Made by a program: the position numbers and the translations under genes. Below the pieces are notes generated by a model that made no database searches, was not told where the DNA came from, and was given only the letters and a program-made list of their open reading frames with translations. Shown here piece by piece: positions 1 through 12,459 of a stretch of DNA of 64,000 nucleotides; within the stretch, counting starts at the first letter, position 1; each line of letters opens with the position of its first letter. Origin of the DNA: Moniliella sp. 'wahieum' (lineage: Eukaryota); assembly GCA_003971905.1 (NCBI GenBank), contig RSEE01000001.1:1550001-1614000 (forward strand), written 5' to 3'.

Positions 1-518
1 TTCCCAAGGCAGGACACGTCCCCACATCTCCTCAGCCCGGTCCAGCACCTCGTTCAAGCCATCTCCGCTTGAAACGAGACAACCTTGGCGCTTCTCAGAT
101 CTCAACCGGCGCGCTTGTCTCGTGCTTGACTCGTGACCGGTGTCCCCCACCGACCATTCGCTTGGCCTTTGGAAGATCCCCCTCTGCAGCGCACACCTTT
201 CCTTACTTACCCAGCTATTCTCTTACCCACCCTCTGTACACTATATTCGAGCCACGTACTCTTTCATCAATGTTTGAATGGTGTGATGCAGGTGAGGGAT
301 CGGGTTGAGGCGATGTGTTCGCTCTCAACGCGAGCGGAATGAAAGGAGGCAAGAGCTGGATGGACAGAGCGGGACTCGCCTTGTCTCCCAGCTGTTTTTC
401 GTGATGCGGAGCGCAGTCACTCTAGCCACTAGTCTTGGAGCAGGTTGGTACATGCACTCTTTGCCTTTATCGAAAGCATATTGTACTCCGCATCACACTG
501 CCCCAGGGCAAGTGAGGC

Positions 519-1289
519 TTGAGCGGGCCAACCCTGGGGGAACTTAAGCAAACAAAGGGCGGCGAAGTCGATCCACGGTGTCAATCATCGCCCCGTAGCA
601 GGCAGTCGAGTGCGCGTGTCACAATGGATAGCATCATTGTGCGGATCAAAATCGCTGTAGAGCGTATGCTGCTACATATCAATCGTCCTGCCTGCCCTTT
701 GGTCTGCAGAACAGAGATCAGGGATGAAGAGCTGGGGTGAGTACAGTATTGTGGGGTAGCCAGATTAATTGCATCGCTCGTCCATCTCCTGTTGGGAAGA
801 AAGTATGACTTGGTAGCTCCCAGATTCGGAATCGGAAGAGGAATCGGAAGAGGAAGAGGAGGAGGAGGAGGAGAAGACCAACGAGGATGAAGGTGCGAAA
901 GCGCGATACTTCAGCCAAAAACAGTTTGCCTGCCGTGGGGGTTATCATCCTACGCACTTCTTCCGACTCTTGGAGATTACCGAGAACACCGAGATCGAGC
1001 TGGAGGTACGAGAAGCACCAAGTACGAGCTTTCCCGTCCGGCAGAACGGAACGAGATGACGCCCACACAAAGTCAAAGATGGCGAGCACAGAGGGGTAGA
1101 GCAACAGATGAAAAGGAATACAGGTTTACGAATTTCATGACCAAGCCCAATCAGGAGACCCGCCATTCTCGCGTGAAGAAAAGCGCATGCGGTTCGAGCG
1201 AAGTCCAAAGTAGCACCATTCCTTACCGGCCAACATCCACAACAGCAGAGAGAACGCCGTCTAGGGCCGTGATGGAGGTGACAGGGTGA
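519..1289 (+). CDS. Possible hypothetical gene (3' part) with an acidic Glu tract; structure uncertain
   Basis: The ORF 519..740 ends at a GTGAGT donor-like site (~737). Downstream sequence can read DSESEEESEEEEEEEEEKTNEDEGAKARYF, followed by ORF 1056..1289. No recognisable family. Confidence 0.3.
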
Positions 1290-1380
1290 CAGCAGTAATA
1301 TCTTCAGTCGCGACATCAAAAAGCTGCGACTTTGTTTCCAGCGATTCGTTCTATGGTACATCGCGTTGTGCATGCAGTGA

Positions 1381-1400
1381 CCCCCCCCCCCCCCCCCCCC
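1381..1400. repeat. Poly-C homopolymer (20 C)
   Basis: Seen directly; the length is unreliable in a long-read assembly. Confidence 0.9.
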
Positions 1401-1492
1401 TTCAGGGGGAACGGACATCATTGTTGTCCTATGGCTGAAGTACACAGAATGCGTTGATGGCATAACATTGTACCAGTTTGGAAGGCAGTCGA

Positions 1493-2546
1493 CTAGTAGT
1501 CGTAGAAGCCCTGTTTGAATAGTCCAACATATAGTCAGCATCCGCAGCGCCCAGCACAAGAGACGAACGAACCTTGCCACTCTTTTTTCCGAGCCAACCG
1601 GCATTAACCATGCGGCCCAAGAGAATGGAAGGGCGGTACTTGGAATCGGCAGTTTCGGCATACAGTGTTTGCATGATATACAGGCAAGTGTCCAGACCGA
1701 TAAAGTCGGCCAACTGGAGAGGACCCATAGGATGGCCATGCCAAGCTTGAGGCAGGTATCAATACCTCCTTGCTGCTCACTCCAGTCTCGAGCGCAATGA
1801 TGGCCTCGTTAATGAACGGCATCAGTAGTCGGTTCGAAACAAAGCCAGGGACATCTTTGGACTGGGTGACTGTCTTGCCGCAAGCTTCGGCAAATGCCTT
1901 GGCACGAGCCAAAACTTCCTCCGACGTTTGCAACGCCGGAATGAGCTCCACCAATTTCATCACCGGCACCGGATTGAAAAAGTGGAGACCCACTACACGC
2001 TCGGGGCCTTTGGGAAGAGCACCAGAGGACAGCGGTGTCTGCGAAGGCGCTACCCCGCCGCGGCAATCTTGGTCACACTGATGGAGGAAGTGTTGGTGGC
2101 CAAAATCGTCTGGAGAGGCAAGGCCTGAGCGAGTGCAGTAAAGATCTTTTCTTTGATTGACAGCGACTCCGTTGCAGCCTGCATGCAAGAAAACAGTTAG
2201 TTGTTAGCTTCCTTTGCCCTCATTCTGTTCGCGTGGAGGGGATGAACCAAGACAGACCTCGATGACCATCTCAGGCTTGGCCGCTTCAAATTCAGGGATC
2301 CCCCCAATGGTGACGAGACGTGCGCGGGCAGCCGTGGCGTCTTCCTGGGTCATTCGGCCTTTGGCCACGTCCTTGGCCAGGAGCTGCTCAAAGAAAGAGA
2401 CGCCCTTGGCCAGCTGCGCCGAACTTGTGTCGCACACACTCACTTGGGCCACCTTGGCCCTCGTCGCGCACACGTACGCAATCCCAAGCCCCATCTGCCC
2501 CAGCACCAACAACACCCACGTGAGTAACACCGTGCGCAACAGACAT
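1493..2546 (-). CDS. 3-hydroxybutyryl-CoA / 3-hydroxyacyl-CoA dehydrogenase
   Basis: Rossmann motif [78 protein letters not shown]. Introns at 2179..2257 (CTAAC branch site) and ~1511..1572. Several 1-nt frameshifts. Confidence 0.92.
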
Positions 2547-3729
2547 GTTGATCGTGGAGGGGACGACAGAGGCGGGGGGGGGGGGAGATCGGAGAGGAGG
2601 TGATGTGCCAGAAGAAGGAAAGAACCCCCCAAAGCACCACCGCGCCTCTACTCCTCCCCAGGTGTGTGTGTGGGGCACCGGGCACCGGTTAGAGAGGTGG
2701 CCGGCCGGTGGGATCCGTTCCGAAGCCGACGCCGCGGCTAGTCAGGGCTAGTGGCGGAAGTCCAGGACTCGCCTCAGTACTTAGTCCATGCTCGCCCCAC
2801 AGTACCAGCAGGATCAGCCTGATCTCAGCTAAGCACCGCATGTATCACCCGCCAATTTAGCATCGTCACGCATCGCTGCCCCAACTTGCTGTGCACATCC
2901 TCCTTGCCATTATCAATGCCTCATCGAACCCATCGGACGTGCACACCGTATTGGCTGTTCCGTCGAGCAAACGACTCGCCCAGCGTTTCGTCCACATCAC
3001 TATAGAGGTTCTCACCCTACCGCGTAGCCAAACTGGGGGGAAAAGAGCGTAATGGGGGCATCCGCTGCCGCCCGTGGATTGATATATAGTTGAGAGAGAG
3101 AGACAACCGAGACCAGCTCGAGAGAGAGTCAACATATCTCTCCCATCTCGTCGATCATTAATTTCGACCAATCCCATCTCCCTGTGAGACTTCATAGTGA
3201 ACCTCGATGATGAGGCTGATGAAGAGGAGAGAGAGGCAGCCAGGCATCTGCCTTCCCTCTTCATACAAAGCAGTAGTCACAGGCAGTAACCGAGGGGAAA
3301 GGAGTTTAGAGAGAAAAGGGACCAGTGCCCCAACTGGATCCCACAACGGATATAGTGTCCAGCACATATAATAGTGACCAGCACATGCAGCATTTTGAGG
3401 CGAGAATCTTCGGGATCCACTTTACTAAGATCCAGTCTTAGAGTGCCCTCTCCCAATATGGAAATTGCCAAGACGCCAGGAGTTGGGTGGGGCTGCATCT
3501 CCAAGAGCGTCGATGCTATCAAAGGGGAGACCCGAGATGGAAGATATACAGAGAGAGCAACAGGGTAAAAGACAGTTTACATCTCGACCTTCAGCAGAGA
3601 TAGAGAGATTAGGACAATAAAAGAGGAGTGAGCCCAGCTCGGTATATTGGGCCTGGAGTTGGCCAGAATGATAAATCCTGGCAAAGAAGTGTAAGGGAAT
3701 GTGGAGTATAGGAAAAGCCGCCAACGATC

Positions 3730-5241
3730 TTAGCAAGTCTTGGTCGTCGCACATCCGCGATACGCTGCTCCCATGAGCACGACAAATGCTTGCGCCTCTG
3801 GGGAACGAGAGGTGGAGACGTTGCTAGTCCAGTCGTAAGGGTTCATAGCTGGGGAAGCGTATCCTTGCGAATCAATATGACCGTTGGATGAGATCGTGGT
3901 GCGGAGATGGTGGGCAAGAGTGAGATGGGTATTGTTGCCCAGACCCAGCTGGGCCATACGATAAATGGCACTGGCTACCCCTGCGCTACCTGCCACATCC
4001 CAGGCCAAATGGAGTTATCGTCAGGTCCTTGGGGCCCGCCGGCCAGGTAGCCCTTGAGCAGTCCCGTTAGTGAATCCACCATGGTGCACCCAGCTTGTGC
4101 AAAGCAAGTGGCGATCGGGTTCAAGATACTGTTCACATGCCTTCGACTTGAGTTGCTGATGAGCTGAGTTGTGCTGCCCCAGGCCAGTTTTTCAGAACAG
4201 CCAGTACCCGCAGCAGGCCATTAAGCGCCCAAGCATTCCCCGTCGTCCACAAACCCACAGATCGATCCCCTCCGCCAATAATGTGCTGCCAAATCCCAAT
4301 CAGCTGGGGATGACTCCATTGGTTTGGTCCCTGTGATTGGTACTCCAGTGTTTGCTGATACGATTGCATTTGGCTCACAGTTAGCTGGAGCAGACTGGTA
4401 TCGTTGGCTGCAGCGGCTTGGTACGCCATGAAAGGGAACGTCATATACTGTGGTATAAGAGAGAAGAGTTGTTAGGAGTTGTTACCTTTTTTTTTCAAAG
4501 CAGCAAAAAGTATCAGGCAGAACGTACGACAAAGTCCGACCACATTTCTAGGTTATGCTCACGCGAGCTGATCGCACCCGAAGGATAACGGGGCACACCA
4601 CCCAACAGATGGTGAAGCTGCCGGTGGACAGCATTTTGATATGCCTGGGCAGGTGGGTAGGAAGAATCATTGGACGCATGGTAGGAAGAAGAACAGCGCT
4701 CACTCCCAAGGAGCAAGGGTCACCCGAGGAACAGCCCCGTTGATAAGAACGTCGGAATTGTTGTGTAGATCTTGGGCGCAATGTACGCCAACGCTGGAGT
4801 GCTAGCAACTTGGACGTTCTTCGGAACCGTTCCTTGAGGGAAAGATGACTTGGAAAAGACGGCTTGAGTCGGGGAATATAGTTCCAGAAGTGCCTCGGCG
4901 TTGGCACCGTACTCCCAGCTGGGGAAGCAAGTTCTTGTGCACGCTGTGCCACCAAATCAATGTTAAACCCCATATCAAAAGATCGGGACCGATGAGTAAT
5001 TCTTCGAGCAAAACCCGTCCTGCGATGGGGCCCAGGCGCCTGGCCATGTCTCCGACCCATCGCGACTGGTCGACGGGAGTTCGGAGCGATTGGAGTGGGG
5101 GAACAGAAAAGAAGTAGGTTGGGGGTGGGGGCAGACCGAATGGACGCTTGGGGTGCAGCCCATGCTTGTGCGATGGCGATGGATGGCAAGGATGAGCAAG
5201 TAAACGACCGAGTATGCGGCCCCAGTAGCGAAGAGAAGCAT
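3730..5241 (-). CDS. Secreted glycoside hydrolase, GH105/GH88-like (alpha/alpha)6 fold
   Basis: Hydrophobic N-terminus. Motifs SWEYGT.AEAL, GDPCSLGVSAVL, WSDFV|YMTFPFMAY (intron 4448..4527), LWTTGNAWALNGLLRV and C-terminal SPEAQAFVVL. Frameshifted. Confidence 0.75.
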
Positions 5242-7076
5242 GATTATAATGGTGGCCTGGAAACATTGAAGAGGGAAGAAAAGGCCACGCGCAGGGGACA
5301 AGGAAGATGAAGAGCCGTGCGGTAAAAGAACACAAGCAAGAAGATGTGGTGGTGGTTTTGAAGAGAGAGCCGAATGGAACGAGCACAAAGCGAGGCAGGG
5401 TTGGACGCCTGTCGTTCGCTGAAAACGGTGAGATGAGGCGTTTGCGAGGCTGTTACTATTACGCTGAACGAGTTGAACACACGTTGAGGAGATCAGCATT
5501 AACATTCGATCATGAGAGCCAGGGGGTGCGGCACGAGGTGTATACATCCAGGTACATACCCTGCCATCTCCGACCCGGTATAAGAAGTCCATACTCTATG
5601 ATCGATATGATCGTAGCATCGCAGGGAGCCGGTGTAACAAAGTTACCGTGCTGCTGTCTGTGCGAGAGCAGGCCGTCTTCTGCACCAAGCCCGCATGGTT
5701 CCCGCCGTCCGCAATGCGCGCGCAGCGGCAATTTATATCAAAATTAAGTTGCAAATGAGTAACGGCCTGCGCCTGCGTGTTGTTCGCACGGGCAGCAGAT
5801 GGCTGTGTATGTTCTGTGTTGTGCTTGTGCGGGGTAGCTGGCGTGGCAGTGGCCGCGGCACAGGCTGGGACAGTACTTCCGATTCGGAGCAGCTCGGCGC
5901 AGGGTGGCTGAGCGCGCGTGCGCGAGAGCGCGGCAGAACGCCACCCAGTGACACTGCCCCTATGCTGTTATCGTCACACCACTATACTAACTTGTCTCCA
6001 ACCCCTGATCGGGTTTTCGCCACTGGGTGTAAATCCCACGGCCTCAGAATCACGTGTATATATACCCCTCCATTGACACAAATGCAAAGGGAATAGTCGA
6101 TAGGCTGTGTCCTACTGGTCGATGATCGTGGTTCCCCAGCCACGTCCGAGAACAGTTATGCAGTGGTGAAGCTTGAAGGGAAGACTGGAGCTGAGTTGAG
6201 CTTGAGCTGCGCTGAGCACGTTGAATATTGAATCCTAGCAGTGAGAAACAGCAGAAAAGGATAATTTAAAAGGAGAGTGTGGCACTAGGTCAGAGAGGAT
6301 AGGGATACTGGCATGCCGCCCGCATGTGTACTAAAGAAGATCAGAGTGATCTGGTCGGGGGGGCTGTGGTCCTCAGACCCTTGGTCCATGTCCTGCACGT
6401 CAATTGTTCCTAATATTCGCACAGCGGCCAGTCGCAGGCGCAGGTCAGCAGGTCAGCAGGTCAGCTAGCGATCGCCATACATGCACAGGTACAACGTGTT
6501 AAACAAAACTAGGTGCTCAAAGCAACAGACGAGGTGATGGAGTGAACAAAAACGTTGTTGAAAACTGGAGCTGCTCGCTAAGCTAGCGCTAAGCGCTATA
6601 CTAAAAGTGCTATATCGTCCGCTATAGCTACGGCGCCCGCTACTCACGGTTAGCTGTATGTTTATTGTGGCGGTGGCTGACTTCATCGGTCGTGAATTAT
6701 TAAGCACTTTCAGCCTCACCAAGCCCCCGGGGCTGCGCAGGCTCCGAGAAGGCTGATGGCGCGCGCGTGTAGCCACGTAAGCCCAGGGACAACTACAGTA
6801 GTATTCTTTTTTTCTGAGTAGTCTTCCTTTCGCCCTGATCGACCTGATCCTACCACCAACGCCTATTTCTCCGCAATCGATCGCCCACCCTACTCTGATC
6901 CTGTCCTTCGACACATTTCAGCAGCCATTGCTGTCTTCATAACTGCGCGGATCAGGACGACGTCGCTACAAAATGTGATACTCTTTGGTCTGCTTTTGGA
7001 CGGAAGAACATGACATTTGTATAGGACACCAGCAAAGAACGTAATTGAAACACCATCGCTTGTGTAATGGTAGTAA

Positions 7077-9009
7077 CTAGAACCAAATCCAACTGATGAT
7101 GCGAATCCACCCCTTGGGCTTGGGTTCTTCTGGTTCCGGGTTTTGACGGTACTGCGTTAGCCATGGTTGGATTGGGACATCCTTGAGTGGGATCCAGAGA
7201 GGAGTGCCAGTGTAAAACTTGTATCCTAGCAGAAGGAAAACATTGAGATGGGAGCACAATAGGCCGAAATGAACGTCTGTGGCTCTTGGTTACCGGGGAT
7301 GAAGAAGGGAAACCCGCCCGTGATAAGACAGAAAAAGGAGCCAGCCAATCCAATCCATCCCAAATACGGCTGCCCCCACGCCTGCCACGGGAGCGCTGAA
7401 CGGGGAATGCCTTGTGCTCGCATGGCATAGTATACTCGGAGAAAAATCAAGCATGTGACGAACCACTGGTACAGTGCCAAGGATGCAGTCAAGCTTTGGA
7501 AGTACCCAAACACGTTGGTTGCACTTGAACTGACTGCTGTGTACCCCAAGGGCCCCCAGCGATGACGACAAGGATTGCCACATAGGGAACGCCCCACCGG
7601 TGGGTTTTGCGGAAAATCTTGGGGCAAACCCCATGTTGGCCAGAGCCATTACCGAGCGGGATCCAGAGAGCGTGCCCGACGAGAGGGAGCTGTAGGCGGA
7701 CGTGATAAAAACCACATTTAGTAGACTTGATAAGCCTTTCACCCCGGCATTGGTGGCAGGACACGACAAAGGGAGATGCTGATGCGTTACCCGAAGAGCT
7801 GATTAGACGCGGGTCATTAGAGGGGACAATCAGGCCAACACAAAAGACGAGCGAGAGGTAGATTGCAACTACACGAATGAAGACGCGTTTGGCTGCTCGT
7901 GGTAAGGCTTGGGCGCGGATTCCTCGTTTCAGCTGCGGCCGCACAGATGGTCTCCATACCCTGGTAGCTATACGCGGCGTTGGTGAGGGTGTACCACAGA
8001 CCATACCAACGACCAGCTGACCCTTTGGCGAGGTACGACACCATAGGGCCTGGGTTCCGCCAGTATTGAAATCCCGTCATGTGCCCGTTAGGCCCGGCAC
8101 CAAGATCGACGCATATGCAGAAGATCACAAGCCCAATCGCAGTAGTAAGCTTGATGATAGAAAATGCGTACTCTGTCTCGCTGTAGACCGGGTAAAGACG
8201 AGCGTGGAGACCATGAGCACTACAACCAAAATGGACACGATCACCGCCGGATTCAGTGTGGAGTTCCAGTACTGCGCTAGCGCGGATGCGGCGAAATCTC
8301 GCCCGGTAAGCCAACGAAAGAACCGTACACGGTGGCCCATCCCGATGAGAAAGCGAGTGCTTGGGAAACAAACATTCCTGCGTGTCGAACGTAGTAACCG
8401 CTCACGGGCGCTAAGGTGGTGAGCTAATAATCAAAAGTCAGCGTCTATATCGCCAGGTGGCAGTATACGAAGCGAGAGGGTTCGGTAGTATAAGAGACGT
8501 ACCTCTGCCTGACAAAAGAGCATGGAACACGCAAATACGCCCACAATCAAGTACCCGAGGAACAGGGAAAGGGGGCCTGCATGGGCCAAAGCTTTTCCCA
8601 CTCCAAGGAAGACACCTGTACCCACCGAACCTGCGTCACAACAAAAAGTCATTCATTAATCCTCGATCCTTGACGACAACATCATCACATAAGCGTGTTG
8701 TGAAACGTACCAGCAAGGGAGATCATGGCCAGTTGGCGGGAGGTGAACGCTTCTCTCACTCATCCTGGTCGAACAGTTTCTTCGCAACGTCGGGATCAAT
8801 GTTGGAGGGTCGCCAAATGTTTTAACCTTGCCGGCAAAGCGATCCACCGCGCTTAGCTTGACCTCTACCTTCTCTTCAAACTTTTCGTCCACCTGGGATT
8901 TTTCGTCCAGCTCGGATACCTGTTCAGCTCGAGGGTCGAAGACGGTTGTTGGGACGTATGCCACCGCAGGCGACGATGGTGTCGGCGACGGCGCACGGTG
9001 AAAGGGCAT
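7077..9009 (-). CDS. Amino-acid permease (APC superfamily, fungal YAT family)
   Basis: MISLA|GSVGTGVFLGVGKALAHAGP (intron ~8630..8710), ETEYAFSIIK, GFQYWRNPGP, AAYSYQGMETICAAAAETRNP, ASASPFV, LPWQAWGQPY, C-terminus RIISWIWF*. Frameshifted. Confidence 0.92.
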
Positions 9010-10309
9010 GCCGTTAAATGCCGTTAATGGGGGGAGAAGGAAGGTTTCGTCTGTGGCACAGAGAGAGAAAACTCGTTTTAAAGCACTGAGTCAAGGCATA
9101 TATGGAATGACACATCTCGGTATAGAGATGTCTCTATCCGAGGGTAACAAACACCATGCCCCAATCTATCGTGCGTGACAGCGTTCCTGGGGCAACATGT
9201 TTAAGCTACACTACAGAGTGGAGCACAACAGAGACTGCATAAAACATAAATGTGTGATGATAGCTTCAACCCCTGTGTGGCGCTCACAGCGCTTGTCCTA
9301 TTATCGCATGGTGGACTTTTCTTAGCGTCCGCGTGCTTCAACAATGAGTAATGAAGCTCCATTCTAATCGTACCTGATGCGTTTCGTATTATTCACTCTT
9401 TCCATCTCGGCTCCTGTGGTAAAGAGATGAGGGCCTACGGACTGTTTGCGTATAGTATGTGTGGAGCACTAACACGATATTGCTATCGCGCGATCCATAT
9501 AGCACGTTGTGCTTCTATGTCACAAGCGATTGCATCACACACTTGCTTGTTATGCGGTAGTGGATGGTCTGTCGAGATACACACCGCAAAAGATCTCTAG
9601 TTGGTGTTCCTTACTCTTAGGGCCTGAGGCTGAAAAAGGAGTACTACATACATGACGACGACTGTGGCTATATAATGCACAATTGCTGATGGGGATGGAA
9701 TATCCGTTCGGCCTTTATCTCACTGCAATAGCCGTTGCGGGGCAGCCACCTACACCGGCTATGCTCTTCTCTGAGCTTTCCTTGGAGGAAGATTCGCATT
9801 GCAAAGCTCCGTGTATGGCCACAACGCGGTCACGGGCGACGCTCGCCATCGCAACTTTCTCCCAGCACTTTGGTACCTGAGCTCGTCAATCGCGGCCGAA
9901 GGGACATTGAAACATTGAAAGCACATCGATGCGCGTACGTCAGCCGCGGGAGATTACGATCTGCGATGGACGATGCGGGATGTGCATTGGATGTTCAAGT
10001 TGAACTTCAACGCTGAACGTTTGGATGTTGGACTTCAACCTTCAACGTTCAACCCTCGCCGTTCCTAATAACCTTGGCACGCCCTGAGGCCGAAAGGGGT
10101 TATTGGGAGCTAGGTCCGCCAAACTGCCCTGGCTGACGTCAGCTCCTGAGCCAGCCGTGCTCAGCCTGAGCGCTCCCCGTCACCGGTCACGCCCAGACTC
10201 CAGCTTGATGTGCCACGCATCGGCCATCACACATCGGCAGGCCGCCGAGCGCACCCCTGCTCCTCCACCCACACCAGCCCTCCCCCCGTCCCCCCCTGCC
10301 CCAGCCGCC

Positions 10310-11499
10310 ATGCGTGGTATCTCCAAGGCATTCAGCCGTGCACCCCACATGCTGACCTCCAAGGTCGGCATGTCCCACAAGAGCACCGATGCCCAGTTCG
10401 ACGAGCTTGCCCGCCGCTTCGGCACCTTTGAGAAAACGGCCGAGAAGCTCCAGAAGGATGCTGTTGCGTACCGCAACAGCGTGCAGAACATGCTCGTGTC
10501 TGGTGCCGCGTTCGGCACTACGTTCCAAGCCCTCTTCTCCCCCATTGGATCCGAGGGAGACCTGCTGCACCACCACCCCGAGGCCGCTCACACCCTTGCC
10601 AGTCTCCCTGAGTACGACGCCATGCTCGCCAGTCTGCGCGACACGCTTACCCCCGAGATTGAGCTCATTGAGAACCGCATTGTTGGACCGCTCAAGGACT
10701 TCCACGCTGTAGCCCAGGCCATCCGGAAGAACATCACGAAGCGCGACCATAAGCTGCTGGATTACGACCGCCACAAGAACAGCTATGAGAAGCTCAAGAA
10801 CAAAAAGGAAAAGTCGCTCAAGGAGGAACAAAACTTGTTCAAAGTCGAGCAGGAGTATGAAACGTCCATGGCAGACTACGAGTACTTTAACAATACCCTC
10901 AAGGAGGAGATGCCCCAGTTCTTTGAACTGGCCGCTACTTTTGTCAAGCCCCTCTTCCACTCCTTTTACTACATGCAGCTCAACGTGCTCTACCACACCC
11001 TTGACCGCGTCCAAGCCTTTGCGCAGGGCAGATACGAACTCAATGTGGCCCATGGCCAGATCGAGTCCGATTACCAGGCAGCGATGGGGGATGTGACAGA
11101 GCAGCTGGAAAACCTGTCCATCCGCAAGCCGGCTGCATCCTCCGTCCGCGTGCTTAGCCAGAATGGGCGGTCGCTTGGCCCGACGGCCCGCGGCGGCAGC
11201 GGTCACGGTATGGCAGCCAATGCGCCCAGTAAGGGTGGTGGAGCCGCTATTGGACGCAGCAGTACCCTCGGCAAAAAGGCGCCTCCCCCCTCCCGGGAAA
11301 GAAACCGGGAATGGAATCTGCACCGGAATATGTCATTGCGCTGTACGATTACACAGCCCAGGCTGATGGTGACCTTACGTTTGCCGCGGGCGATCGGATC
11401 GAGGTGGTGCAGCGTACGGGCTCGGCAGACGATTGGTGGACCGGAGTGGTGAATGGGGTTCAAGGCATCTTCCCTGGCAACTATGTGCGGGACCCCTGA
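10310..11499 (+). CDS. RVS167: BAR-SH3 amphiphysin-like protein Rvs167/Hob1
   Basis: N-BAR region (MRGISKAFSRAPH..., KRDHKLLDYDRH, EYFNNTLKEEMP) and a C-terminal SH3 domain (YVIALYDYTAQADGDLTF...DDWW.G...GIFPGNYV) reached across a frameshift near 11300. Confidence 0.92.
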
Positions 11500-12102
11500 A
11501 TGCCGAGCCGCTGAGCGCTTTGCCCAAAGCTCCCTGACTGAGCAGCCTCAGCAGAGGCAGCTTGGTCCCGGAACCAACCATCCCTTTACTCTTTTCCTCC
11601 ACCTTTCTACTCATCTTTTCCTCCCATCCTCCATTGAGGGTCCAGAGCTGTTGCAAGCAGTTGGTTGGCATCCTTGATGCGATACACTTTTGCCTATTGG
11701 TTGAGTCCCATCCCAGTCTTCTTGTCTTGTTGTGCAACGGTCTCATCTTCGGGCCCCCTCTCCTATCCAACGAACCATTTTCCCTAGCCCTCCCTCTTTT
11801 TTTCTCCCCCGAGGTAAGTTGTTTGTTGCTTATAGAGTTTCGCTCCCTGGTGCTGCCTAGACGTGGTTGCAGGCTTCAGCCCCTTGGCCTCAATTCAACG
11901 TTGAAGTTCAACGTTCAACGTTCAACGTGTACCATGTGGAAGAAGACACGCGGTAAGTTGAACCCGATGAAGTTCATCGCGTTCATCGATCATCTGATCG
12001 ATTCAACGTTCAAGTTGAAGTTCCACGTTCATCGATTCACTGTTCGTAGAGTTCATCCGGTTATCGACATGGATGAAGTTGAAGTTCAATGATGAAGTCG
12101 AT

Positions 12103-12144
12103 GAAGCTTGAAGCTTGAAGCTTGAAGCTTGAAGCTTGAAGCTT
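12103..12144. repeat. (GAAGCTT)x6 heptamer tandem array
   Basis: Six perfect copies, embedded in a longer TGA/TCA-rich quasi-palindromic tract (11893..12165). Confidence 0.95.
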
Positions 12145-12459
12145 GAAAGTTCATCGTTCATCGACATGGCTGCAAGAGCTGTAGCAATTGCACTTCGTGC
12201 CGGCGGAATTTACAGGCGGAGTGGGACAGCGTAGCACCAATGCCACCCCTGCTAGCTTCATAAGGCCTACGGCCTAAGGCTTAGGCTCAAGACCCATAAA
12301 GTTTAAAGCCGTGAGGCGTACCGCCCTCTTACGTCCCACTGAGCCTACCAGCCTAGGCCGGGAGACAGGTGTGCATCCACCGGAGTGCTTGCTGCTCCTG
12401 TGCCGCTCCTCCCCCAACAACAGCACCCATCCCCGAGCACACCCGGTGACTTTGACGAC

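Noticed and set aside
2866..3700. Minus-strand ORF fragments between the dehydrogenase and GH105 genes
   Set aside because: They might be a small orphan gene, but I cannot support a family motif, start or splice structure.
10187..11323. Long antisense ORFs (e.g. 378 aa opposite RVS167, and others opposite NHX1, VPS68 and PRO1)
   Set aside because: Shadow ORFs caused by GC-rich codon bias on the coding strand; no independent motifs.
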